A stretch of 63,669 nucleotides of DNA, filler included, from Octopus bimaculoides (taxonomy: Eukaryota): NCBI RefSeq assembly GCF_001194135.2. It is 7 parts of 6 records of this genome, joined end to end, with 100 filler letters (N's around TTAATTAATTAA, not from the genome) between each part and the next. Parts side by side here need not be neighbours in the genome. Positions count along the whole stretch, not along the records: positions 52,066 to 56,276 come from NC_068986.1; positions 56,377 to 60,413 come from NC_068996.1; positions 60,514 to 63,669 come from NC_068984.1; 4 more parts are not named here. One strand, given 5' to 3'. Positions 52,172 through 63,669 of this stretch are shown in pieces. Both the position numbers and the translations under genes were made by a program. The notes under the pieces were generated by a model. The model did not search any database, had not been told where the DNA came from, and saw only the letters and a list, made by a program, of their open reading frames with translations. Numbering within the stretch: position 1 is the stretch's first letter; each line of letters opens with the position of its first letter.

Positions 52172-54668
52172 GTGTGTGTGTGTGTGTGTGTGTACGAATG
52201 TATACAAAAACATGCGTGCATACGTATATTTATGCAAGATAGTGCAAATAACAGAATGCCAATTCACAAGCAGTTTTCTGAACCTCAACAGAGCGTGGAA
52301 TGGTCTTGTCTGCATCTTTTAACAATGATCCGATAATTTAAGAACATATTGGCCTTAGCAATTATTCAGTGAGACACCACAGCATCTCTTCATCTTACAG
52401 CCAGAACTCAAAGAATCCTACTCATCGCGCGCGCGCGACCACAGACACACAAACACACACACACGCATATACGCAGATGTGTTCACATGCCAATTTTCGA
52501 AGTACTTCTTGTGAGATCTTGCAGGAAATATCACTTATGATGGAATTTGCATTTAGTCTTCAGCTAGACGAAACCTGGCATGTCTAAAATACAGCCTATA
52601 TCTTTTCATATAACTCTCTCTTCCTCTCTCTTCCTCTCTTTCTCCCTCTCTCACTCTCTCTCTCTCTTTTCCTTCGCTTTGCGCCTGTATATACACGTAA
52701 ATGAATATATTTATATACNNNNNNNNNNNNNNNNNNNNNNNNNNNNNNNNNNNNNNNNNNNNNNNNNNNNNNNNNNNNNNNNNNNNNNNNNNNNNNNNNN
52801 NNNNNNNNNNNNNNNNNNNNNNNNNNNNNNNNNNNNNNNNNNNNNNNNNNNNNNNNNNNNNNNNNNNNNNNNNNNNNNNNNNNNNNNNNNNNNNNNNNNN
52901 NNNNNNNNNNNNNNNNNNNNNNNNNNNNNNNNNNNNNNNNNNNNNNNNNNNNNNNNNNNNNNNNNNNNNNNNNNNNNNNNNNNNNNNNNNNNNNNNNNNN
53001 NNNNNNNNNNNNNNNNNNNNNNNNNNNNNNNNNNNNNNNNNNNNNNNNNNNNNNNNNNNNNNNNNNNNNNNNNNNNNNNNNNNNNNNNNNNNNNNNNNNN
53101 NNNNNNNNNNNNNNNNNNNNNNNNNNNNNNNNNNNNNNNNNNNNNNNNNNNNNNNNNNNNNNNNNNNNNNNNNNNNNNNNNNNNNNNNNNNNNNNNNNNN
53201 NNNNNNNNNNNNNNNNNNNNNNNNNNNNNNNNNNNNNNNNNNNNNNNNNNNNNNNNNNNNNNNNNNNNNNNNNNNNNNNNNNNNNNNNNNNNNNNNNNNN
53301 NNNNNNNNNNNNNNNNNNNNNNNNNNNNNNNNNNNNNNNNNNNNNNNNNNNNNNNNNNNNNNNNNNNNNNNNNNNNNNNNNNNNNNNNNNNNNNNNNNNN
53401 NNNNNNNNNNNNNNNNNNNNNNNNNNNNNNNNNNNNNNNNNNNNNNNNNNNNNNNNNNNNNNNNNNNNNNNNNNNNNNNNNNNNNNNNNNNNNNNNNNNN
53501 NNNNNNNNNNNNNNNNNNNNNNNNNNNNNNNNNNNNNNNNNNNNNNNNNNNNNNNNNNNNNNNNNNNNCTTTGTGTCTATTTTTACGTTCCCGTAATTTA
53601 GCGGTACCGTAAAAGAGACCAATAGAATAAGTACTAGGCTTACAAAGAATAAGTCCCGGGGTCGATCTCCTCGACTAAAAAGATCTTTAAAGCGGTGCTC
53701 CAGCATGGCTGCAGTCAAGTGACTGAAACAAGTAAAAGAATAGAATGTATAAAAGGTAGAGATTCTGAAGCGAGACACTGAAAATATGCGAAAAACAATA
53801 TCTCAAAGACTAGCATTTGAAACTATCTGTCGCACTTTACAATATCTAAGATGTAACAGTAACATCATGAATAGAGTCACAGTTATTCTCATCAGTGATT
53901 ACGGCCAAACTCTATCGATCACACCAAAGGATTCCTCAATGCATCATATATTTTGTGACACAAGACATTTGTACTGTATTGTTTAGCTTTTCTCTCCTAT
54001 TTAATTATTAACTTTAAAAACATTAATGTGATATGATAAACGCTTGTTTGTCATAATCACCACAAAGACAACATCAACCATAATTATAGGCTACGAATTG
54101 TGAATAAGAAACACTACCGAATATGTACCAACATGCTTGTAAATTATAACGATGTCAAATCTTGTGTATATATTTTCATACATGCAATAAAGACAGTCAT
54201 TGCACCTGTAGTGTTAAATAGTTAAATAACATCCTAACTTGTGTATGCATATTTACATGTGCTGTATTTAACTCTGCTAAACTACAGCAATAGAGTGTTG
54301 AAAATATGCCAGTAAAAAGTGGGGGCGATAGTTAAAAAGTTTGGGAAGTACTCTGTTAGATCATCAGACGGGGTAACTTTCCTCTGACTCTTTTCGTTCT
54401 GGATTCAAATTCCGCCGTGATCCAATCCACATGGTCTGTTGATTTAATCCATTGACAGGTTTAGCACTGACAGGCGGAACTTGAGTGCTTTTAGCAGAGG
54501 AATCAAGTAAGTTGCAAGTTTTCGGGCATGACCTTCGCTTTGAAGACATCTTCTTCTTGGCGTCTAACCAGTCTTAAGGGACCTTACGGCCGAAAAGAAA
54601 TATGAAATGTTTGCATTTGGTTTTCCTGCTATTTCTGTTTTACGTTCTACTCTCTAAAATAAAGATAC

Positions 54669-54832
54669 TGTTATGTCTCAAGCTACTGCTATCTAGCACC
54701 TTCAGATGATCTCTACTCAACCGCTACACAACCGCTACACGACGGCTACTCAACCCTTCTACCACGGCTAGACTACCTCTATTTATATGTCTTGGGCGAT
54801 CCTACTTCTTCGCCTGGGGGTGTCGACACAAC
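54669..54832 (-). mobile_element. Solo LTR, copy 2
   Basis: GATAC|TGTTA...CAACA|GATAC gives a perfect 5-bp TSD with TG...CA termini. Similar to 22636-22798. Confidence 0.85.
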
Positions 54833-55626
54833 AGATACATTGACCATTGTAGCCCTAGATATATCCAAAGCGGCTGGATGGTCATTACTGGAACGCCTTT
54901 GACCATAGGTTTGGTCCATCAGAGGAGACATGGGGTTAAACAATAAAAACAACGATGACCATGACGATGATGATGATTACAATTGTTACAATAAAGCCAA
55001 ACAATAACCATTTTAGAATAATCACAAAAATATTCGAAAATCATTGTAAAAAATAGCTTGCCGGGTTATAAACATATTTTGAGGGATTAACGATTTCGTC
55101 ATGCATGATATGTTGTGCATAACCTTGCCCCACACCTAGACCAAATGGTTACTATTGAAACTCCCAGTCATGTGATTTGCAAGCATAAAGCCCCAACACC
55201 CACACACCCAAACTCCAAACCCCAAACCCCAAACCCCTAGCTGAACAGGGGAAGCAAGAAAAATTATCTTTCACGTCAAATACTCTGTGCTATGAGCAGC
55301 TCTGCGATTCGATGCCATGGAGACAAGAATGTGTTTCAAACACTAACAGTCGGCAAGCCACGTGAAATGATGGAATTTTNNNNNNNNNNNNNNNNNNNNN
55401 NNNNNNNNNNNNNNNNNNNNNNNNNNNNNNNNNNNNNNNNNNNNNNNNNNNNNNNNNNGAGAGGAGGAGTTTTTTGTTCATTTTTATTTTTTTGTGTTTT
55501 GTTTTTAGGTGGAGAGGTGATAGTTTTGGGGGTGTTTCATTGTTGCTGTTCTTGTTGTTGTTGTACTTTTGGTATTCTTGTTGCAGCTGTTTTGGTTGTC
55601 GTTGTTGCTGTTGCTGCTGCAGTTGC

Positions 55627-55680
<54 letters not shown>

Positions 55681-55740
55681 CATCATCATCATCATCATCA
55701 TCATCATTACTTCTATTATTATTATTATTATTATCATTAA

Positions 55741-55785
<45 letters not shown>

Positions 55786-56376
55786 TACTACTACTACTAC
55801 TACAACTATTATTATTATTATCATTATTATCATCATTATTATTATTGTTGTTGTTATTGCTGCTGCTTCTGTTATTATTTTTGTTGTTCATGTTGTTACA
55901 GATACTGCGGATATTGTTGTAGTTGTTGTTGCTGCTGTTGCAGTTCCTGCTGCTACTGCTGCTTTTGCTGTTGTTGTTTGTTGTTGTTGTTCTTGTCGTT
56001 ATTGTTTTTATTGTTGTTGATGTGGTTGTTGTTGTTGTTGTTGTTGCTGTTGTTGTTATGGTTTCATTTGCTCTAGCTATTACGGTTGCAGTTTTCTTCG
56101 TTTTTCTTTTTTCTTTTTGCAATTTTGAAGCTGACAACAGGTGCACCACCAGTCAAGGTGAAATTTTGGAAGGCTGTTCCTTTATTTATTTACTTATTTA
56201 TTTATTTATTTCAAAATAGCATAATACAAACATAAATAAATAAAATAAATACAAAAACAAATATATATAAATATATNNNNNNNNNNNNNNNNNNNNNNNN
56301 NNNNNNNNNNNNNNNNNNNNTTAATTAATTAANNNNNNNNNNNNNNNNNNNNNNNNNNNNNNNNNNNNNNNNNNNN

Positions 56377-56770
56377 TATTATTAAAAAAGGTAATGTAAA
56401 AGGAGAAAGGGCTCTATACCCCTTTCTTATTTTTTCTGACCAGGCTCCCGTGATTTTATGGGTTTTTCCACGTGTAACCTTTCCTTTTTCGAAGCGCCTC
56501 CCCCTTTGGGAGTTCTACTTATTTATTTATCTATTTATTTATCTATTTATTTATCTATTTATTCGTTATATCTTTCTCCGTTTTCTTCCTCTGTTTAGAC
56601 GAACTTTCCTACCTTTTCGGACAAAACCTTTTGTAACCTTCATCCTGTCTTTGTCCTTGTATGTTTTTAATTGATATTGGCCCTTGTGGCCAATAAAACG
56701 AATTAATTATTATTATTATTATTATTATTATTATTGTTATTATTATTATTATAATTATTATTATCATTAT
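56377..56770 (+). mobile_element. Probable 3' end of a LINE with AATAAA and (TTA)n tail
   Basis: Pyrimidine-rich 3'UTR-like body, GGCCAATAAAACG, then (TTA)n. Family not identified. Confidence 0.45.
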
Positions 56771-56771
56771 T

Positions 56772-56965
56772 GTAAAGGTGGTGAGCTGGCAGAATCATTA
56801 GCACCCCAGGCAAAATGTTTAACAGCATTTCATCCGTCTTGAGGTTCTGAGTTCAAATTCTGCCAAGGCCGACTTTGCGTTTCATCCTTTCAGGGTCGAT
56901 AAATTAAGTGCCAGTGAAATTCTGGGGTCGATGTAATTGCTGCCCTTGTAGAAAAATTTGAAACC
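56772..56965 (+). mobile_element. SINE family A, partly CpG-decayed
   Basis: Similarity to 513-740. Confidence 0.8.
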
Positions 56966-57039
56966 CTAACTTGAGTGTACAGCCCCTAATCCATGTTACA
57001 TCCCCACTATCTTTCTCTCCTCTTTCCATCTGAAGTAGT

Positions 57040-57093
57040 TACAAGGCCCCTCCCAGTTGAAGGGTCTTGTCTAGCAAGTTACTTGGTGACCTC

Positions 57094-57145
<52 letters not shown>

Positions 57146-57154
57146 CTGCTGCTA

Positions 57155-57186
<32 letters not shown>

Positions 57187-57720
57187 GCTGCTGCAAGATA
57201 AAAAATACCCAGACACACTCTGTAAACTGGTCACTATTTGGAAGGACAACCAGCTGTAGAAACCATGCTGAAGCACAAACCAGAGCTTGGTGCAATCTAC
57301 AGACTTGTGAACTACGTGGAAAATAGATGTCAAAATGGTGATGATGATGATGATGACGATGATGACGATGACGACAATGACAACAACAATGACAATGACA
57401 AAGATGACAATGATGATGATGATGACAACGATTACGATAATAAATACAATGATGATGATGATGATCATGATAACAATGATGATTATGATGATGAATACCA
57501 TGATGATGATGATGATGATGACGATGAGGACGACGATAACGATGATGAATACAGTGATGATGATGATGATGATCTTGATGATGATCATAATCGTGATGAT
57601 CATACCGGCCAAGATGATGATGATGGTGATGATGATGATGGTGATGATGATGATGGTGATGATGATGATGATAATGAATACAATGATGATGATGGTGGTG
57701 GTTATGATCAACCATATGGA
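57040..57720 (+). mobile_element. SINE family B-related copy with an internal (CTG)n expansion and a ~390-bp degenerate (GAT)n tail
   Basis: GCAAGTTACTTGGTGACCTCACTG-(CTG)n-...ACTCTGTAAA.TGGT...CCAGCTGTAGAAACCATGC...GATGATGAT. Confidence 0.7.
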
Positions 57721-58339
57721 TCTTAGTGATTCAGAAGAAATTAGTTTGACTGCCACTGAAATAAGAAAGGATTAGTCTATTTATATACCAATGAAGTCAT
57801 GAAGGATTGGCTTAACTCACTCACCATGAAATTGTCGAGTTTTCATAGGTGAGTAATGATGAGAAATTTTAGGCTGCTCTTACCTGTTTTAAAGTAAAAA
57901 TGCAAATACTGACTCCAAAAATATAAGTCATGTTTTTGTTTGTTTGTTTGTTTGTTTTTGTATTTTTATTCATGGAAATACATAATTTTAATGAAACAGA
58001 AATTTTTGGCTACTCCTAAGGATTTCATCAAATCAAGAATGCTTAAAATATATAACAGGGAATTTCTGACTGAATAAGCTTAACAAACAGATAAAATTAT
58101 TTTCTAAAACATGTTATGGAACATTGTTCTATTGCCATTTGTAAAATTAAAGAGCAGAGGAAAATGAATGCATTTGTGCGTGTGTATGTTGAATATTATT
58201 GTGTTGTTAGGAAAATACTGTCTGAGTTTTCCAAAACATTTTTTCAAATTTGATTTAAGATGTTATTTTTGTAGTGTTTTAGATGAAATTTTACATGTTT
58301 AATAAGTGATGTGTACTCTTTGATAAATTTTTATTAATT

Positions 58340-59065
58340 TCTATCAGAATACAATTTTGAAGCACAGAAATCATTAATTTCAAACATTAAAGAAAAAAAA
58401 TGTGTTTACTTTTTTTGCATGAGTTCAAGCTTGAACATAATGCTTCCCAAACAGCCACTAATATCAACAGAGCATGGGATAAAGGGTGATCGGACAGTAC
58501 ATAGTGGGGACAAGAGCTTTGAAAGCCAAGAAGGTGGAGGACATCCATCCGCCCTTGATGATCAGCATTTGCAAACAATAGTTTTCTGGAACCAAACCAA
58601 AGCATTGGAAGTTAACGGTAAGCAACTGGGAGAAATGCATGTTCATTTGAGCAAAATGAGACCTGCACTTGTTAATCGATGTGGTCCAATTCTGCTCCAC
58701 AACAATGCTCGACCACACAGTTCCATGATGATACTGTAGAAGCTCACAGACTTGGAATACGAGACTTTACCACATCTTCCATATTCTCCTGATCTTTCAT
58801 CCACCAACTATCACTTTTTCAAGCATCTAGACAATTTTTTTAAAGCCAAAAAAAAAGCAACCTTCCATTCCAAAAACCAAGGTTGAAACTGAATTCACAA
58901 ATTTCTTGGCATCAAAACCTTTGAATTTTTATTGAAGAGGCATAAATGACTTTGTTAATTGATGGGAGAGATGCATAGCTGTTCAGGGATCATATTTTGA
59001 TCAATTTAACCTTTGTATAAATTCAGTCTTCCAGGAAAATGTGCTTATTTTAAAAATCAGTCATT
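58340..59065 (+). mobile_element. Internally deleted mariner element
   Basis: FLHEFKLEHNASQTATNINRAW...DKSFESQEGGGHPSALDDQHLQTIV | ILLHNNARPH...LEYETLPHLPYSPDLSSTNYHFFKHLDNF. Confidence 0.92.
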
Positions 59066-59092
59066 ATTTTCCAAACAAGTTCAATTCAAAAA

Positions 59093-59470
59093 ATGGCAGA
59101 ATCATTAGCATGTCAAGTAAAATATTTAGTAATATTTTGCTCTGAGTTCAAATTCTATTGAGGTCAATTTTGCCTTTCATCTTTCAGGGCGGATAAAATA
59201 AGTACCTGTAGAACACGTGTACCTGTAGAACACATAAGTACCTGTAGAATACATAAGTTGTACCTGTAGAACACATGTACCTGTAGAACACATGTACCTG
59301 TAGAACACATAAGTACCTGTAGAACACATAAGTACCTGTAGAACACATAAGTACCGGTAGAACACATACGTTGTACCTGTAGAACACCTGTACCTGTAGA
59401 ACACCTGTACCTGTAGAACACATGTAATCAACTTAGCCCCTCCCCCAAAATTGCTGGCCTTGTGTCAAAA
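59093..59470 (+). mobile_element. SINE family A containing a 12-unit 17-22 bp minisatellite (59201-59424)
   Basis: Core GTACCTGTAGAACAC repeated 12 times between the SINE's AAGTACC and GTAATC...CCCCTCCCCCAAAA segments. Confidence 0.9.
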
Positions 59471-60382
59471 TTTGAACCCAATATTACATGTACAAGATTA
59501 GAAGATAAGAAAACAATTACAAGAATTAGCTCAGTTAAGTAAGCATTGAAATTATGAAGAATTGGCATATTTTACTATCATTGGTTATAAAGGCTGTTTT
59601 TTTTTTATCCAACTAACTTTTGAAGTCTGAGGTTTCATTTAGATACCAAACTTTAGTCGTAAAGATTTAGCTTAGAATTCTTGCCTTGATCTTGAAGGAT
59701 TCAATTAGCTAGCTGACATTGAAGTCATAACGATTCCAATTAGTTAACTGCTTCTTAGGAAAAGTTGGCCCTATCCTCAAAGCCCATAACCATAGAGCCC
59801 TTCTCCCACTTCAGTCTTGGATGGTCTTAAGTCAGGATGGCCACAGTTGGAATGTATATAATCATAGGTGTCTTTTCAAAGTCAGGATGGTCACAGGTGG
59901 AATATATATATAATCAGAGGTCTTTTCAATTGGGGGTTGACTTAGAGCTACACAACAATAACAACAACAGTAAGGGGTCCTTTTTACAGATATAAAAATA
60001 CTAGGGGGTGGGGGCCTCACAGCAACCCCATTCGACCAACATAATGACACGAACAACGAGAGAGGTATATAAACAATACATGAGATCCATCATCTGACAA
60101 AACAGCAGGGTGACAGACCACACCCATATAAGACTTACATAATGAAATGAAACGCTCAAATTTTAAAAAAGGCCAATGGACATTATTTGTATGTTCAAAG
60201 AATGAGGATGATGTATTTGTTTTGCTTCGTTTTTTTTTTTTTTCCTTTTTTAATATATTGTTCAGGTTCTTAAAAGACACATTGCATCCTGTCCAGAATC
60301 CAGTTTCTCCACAACAAATCATAACACACCACAAATGACAATATATGTACATACTCACACACACATACATATATTTACAGAC

Positions 60383-60413
<31 letters not shown>

Positions 60414-60945
60414 NNNNNNNNNNNNNNNNNNNNNNNNNNNNNNNNNNNNNNNNNNNNTTAATTAATTAANNNNNNNNNNNNNNNNNNNNNNNNNNNNNNN
60501 NNNNNNNNNNNNNTAGTTTCTGCAATGACAATATTGACCAAGGTTACCGTGGTCTTTTCCGTAGGCTTTTCTTTCCATGGCTAAACCTAAACTGTCCTCC
60601 CCTCTTTTTACACGAGAACATTACTGTGATACACGATCCCTATTGGTCGCTTTTTTTTTCTCTCGATCCCTTTTGATCGAACTCCCCACTTTTTTCCTTC
60701 CTACGATCCCTTTTGATCGACATCCCGCCTACTTTTTTTTCCTTCCCCCTCCCCAAAAGAAAAGCTCTACATTGTATTCGTCCCATCTTTGTTGAGCCCT
60801 GTGTGGCTAATAAAAGAAATGTATCTATCTACCTACCTACCTACCTATCTATCTATCTATCTATCGATCTATCTATCTACCTACCAGTCTGTTTGTTGGT
60901 GTTTGTCTCTCCCTTTCTCTCGTCCTTCCTTTCTTTCTCTTTCTT

Positions 60946-60978
<33 letters not shown>

Positions 60979-61400
60979 TTCCTTCTTTATACACGCACAC
61001 ACGTAAATATGTATGTATTTAGAGATAATAAAATACACCGTGAATTTTTATGAGTTTTGTCAGGAACATATCGGTATATATACTCATACGTAGAAAGAAG
61101 CTATAAAACCAGACATAAGGCCCAACAATTACTCATATATACTCTTACACAGAGACACGCACAGTTACTCTCTACTACTAATACACGCGGAATTCAACCG
61201 TACACTAGCAATTAATCATCTTTAAAATATATCTTTGCATAACCACAGGCGTAGAATCAAACAATTCTAGGCTGTATATTATACATGTGCACAACACATG
61301 TTGTTACGATCGGCTCATCCTGACATTGTGTACAAACGTCCATGATCTAACATATATCGGATTGCGTTGCATGTATATATGTATTTATGTCAATATAAAG

Positions 61401-61470
<70 letters not shown>

Positions 61471-61629
61471 GTACCTGTCGGTCTCTCTCTCCCCCTATCT
61501 CTCTATGTATAAAAGTGAAGTGGATCTTGGCATGGATCGTCTGTTGTTCCAATCTGCAAAGCCTTCTTCTTTCACATGCACGTAATGTTTTATGCATAAA
61601 TTCGCTCATGTACTTTTATGCCAAATATA

Positions 61630-61683
<54 letters not shown>

Positions 61684-62001
61684 TATATATACATACGTAT
61701 CCACACATACACTGACGCTCAAGCTTAGGTGTGTGCGTTCATGCATGTATGTCTGTTTGCACGTGAGTGAGTGTGTGTGCGCGCGTGCGTATGTGTGTGT
61801 GTATGTGTGTGTGTGTGTGTGTGTTTTATCTAAATTTCGCATCTGCTGCCATCAATATTTTGTATCAACTCCATATGTTCACAGTATGTGCCTGTATCAT
61901 GCACACACTCGCACTGATGCATACATGAACATACGGACTCACAGACACACAAACATGAACAGACACGCACACGCAGGCACACAGAAATACACACACAAGC
62001 G

Positions 62002-62035
<34 letters not shown>

Positions 62036-62379
62036 CACACGCACACAAGAGAACATAACTGACACAGACGCATATGGACATGTGGATATACAATTTAAAG
62101 ATGTATTACGTATGTTTAACACTTTTACCGTGTATCTACATATATACGTACATGTGCGTGTATCTTTGTGTGTGTATGTGCGTGCCTTGTATGTAATATA
62201 TATATATATGTGTGTGTGTGTGTGGGTGTGTGTATGTATGGATATGTGGTTTTACAGACTTACCAATGTAAAATATACTCACGTAAACAGATCTTTAAAA
62301 TATAATTGCGTACAGGTGTGATCAATTTAGGGGTCTCTGCCAGTGTCTTAAGTGAGTAGAAGATCACCCACACAGTCAC

Positions 62380-62600
62380 CCTTGTAATACCCTTTGCCTT
62401 GAACCGGAAATTATTCATGAAGCAATAAAAACAATTTAGACACACTGGAGTAACAATACTGATTCAGTGAGCAACACTCCACCACTACTTTTGTCTCTCC
62501 CTCTTCGTCTTGTTTGTGAAGATGTTACTTGCTGTAAATCTCATCAATTGTTGGTCTGTTTTAAGAAGTATTTCTCTGCCATGTTTTCTGTTCATTAAAT
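62380..62600 (-). mobile_element. Possible piggyBac transposase relic
   Basis: TDQQLMRF (cf. IDEQMI.F) and CFMNNF..FKAKGITRVTV (cf. FMDNFF...LKAKGI.AVGTV). Weak similarity, by eye only. Confidence 0.3.
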
Positions 62601-62693
62601 GAAAATATACGGCATATAGATATCACGATGGATAGGTAATTAGAGAGATATGGAGCAGATGGATGGCTGAAAGGATGGAATAACGGATATCTG

Positions 62694-62734
<41 letters not shown>

Positions 62735-62744
62735 NNNNNNNNNN

Positions 62745-62789
<45 letters not shown>

Positions 62790-63502
62790 GCGAATATCTA
62801 GATTTCATAGTAAAAGTGCTTAGCTTGTTTGTAGACAAGCTAAGGTAATTAAATAGTTAGATAGCGATATAATTAGAGATAGACGTTTAAATTGCTATGT
62901 TGATAGACTTCCAAATATAAAGATCGTGAGATAAACGGATATATGATGATGCTTACACTATAACATAATGAATAGATAATCTGTTGATTATAAAGCTAGA
63001 ACCTCATTTGTCAAAACAGACGGAGGACCTATTCCCGCACAATTTTTACAAACATACAAATATGAACTTAAAATCTCACACACATACATACACACACTCA
63101 CACACAAACACACAGAGACACACACAGGCACACACAGACACACACACGGATGTGTATTTATAAATGAGGTTCCACTATTATAGTCATCAGATTACCAATT
63201 CATTATGTAATGCATGTATATACTTGAATGACAAGGGGTAGGATTTTCATAGTGAACATCAATAGCTTACGGCTGTTTCTACTATGTGAAGCATTACAAT
63301 TACAGCTCTGATGAAGCCATAAGATGATGAACAGGAACTCAGCTCTGAGGGAACTACTTATAGCAGAAAGAGCTGTGGAGTTGATTACATAATTCCATTG
63401 ATTTAATTTCATGTTATGCTGCATACTCGATTAACGCTTTATTTTGAAGCATGTGTATATTGAATTCTAACGTCTTCATTATCACTATGTTTGAGCGAAA
63501 TC

Positions 63503-63570
<68 letters not shown>

Positions 63571-63669
63571 CTTATACGCACACCTGCATACATACATACA
63601 TACATACATACAGTCATACATACATACATACACACACATACACGCACACACATGTATATATATATATAT

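Noticed and set aside
55205-55240. (CCCAAA)-like repeats as interstitial telomere
   Set aside because: Only about four imperfect units, and they do not match TTAGGG.
59201-59424. CRISPR-like repeat/spacer appearance
   Set aside because: Spacers are 2-7 bp and recurrent, the array is inside a eukaryotic SINE, and there are no cas genes.
61180-61210. Possible Helitron 3' end (short stem then CTAG)
   Set aside because: The stem is weak, CTAG is not followed by T, and no 5' TC end was identified.

Overview
AT-rich, gap-ridden eukaryotic DNA. It is most likely a coleoid cephalopod (Octopus-type); this is inferred from the extreme microsatellite density, the SINE families and an 18S fragment, not from a database match. 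There are no prokaryotic features, CRISPR arrays or long intact ORFs, and nearly all ORF-track entries are microsatellite or N-gap artefacts. Six identical 100-bp artificial linkers (44 N + TTAATTAATTAA + 44 N) divide the window into seven joined segments whose adjacency and orientation are not guaranteed. Most recognisable sequence is decayed transposable elements: mariner and Tc1 transposases, a rearranged Gypsy element, solo LTRs, Penelope-like, R4/Dong and CR1-like LINE pieces, TTAA and TA MITEs, and several SINE families. The main non-TE signal is a plus-strand host gene seen as tiny symmetric exons. Three paralogous 42-bp exons (45141, 46269, 49348) arose by exon-plus-intron tandem duplication, and there are further candidates of 42, 63 and 57 bp. 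Phase 1 is the only frame open in all six and encodes a Ser/Thr/Pro-rich mucin-like 14-aa repeat. Other points of interest are an inverted SINE pair looping out one exon, an 18S rRNA fragment fused to a templated local duplication and a palindrome, an 82-bp-arm foldback, and segment-scale CpG depletion. The gene could not be identified by eye.
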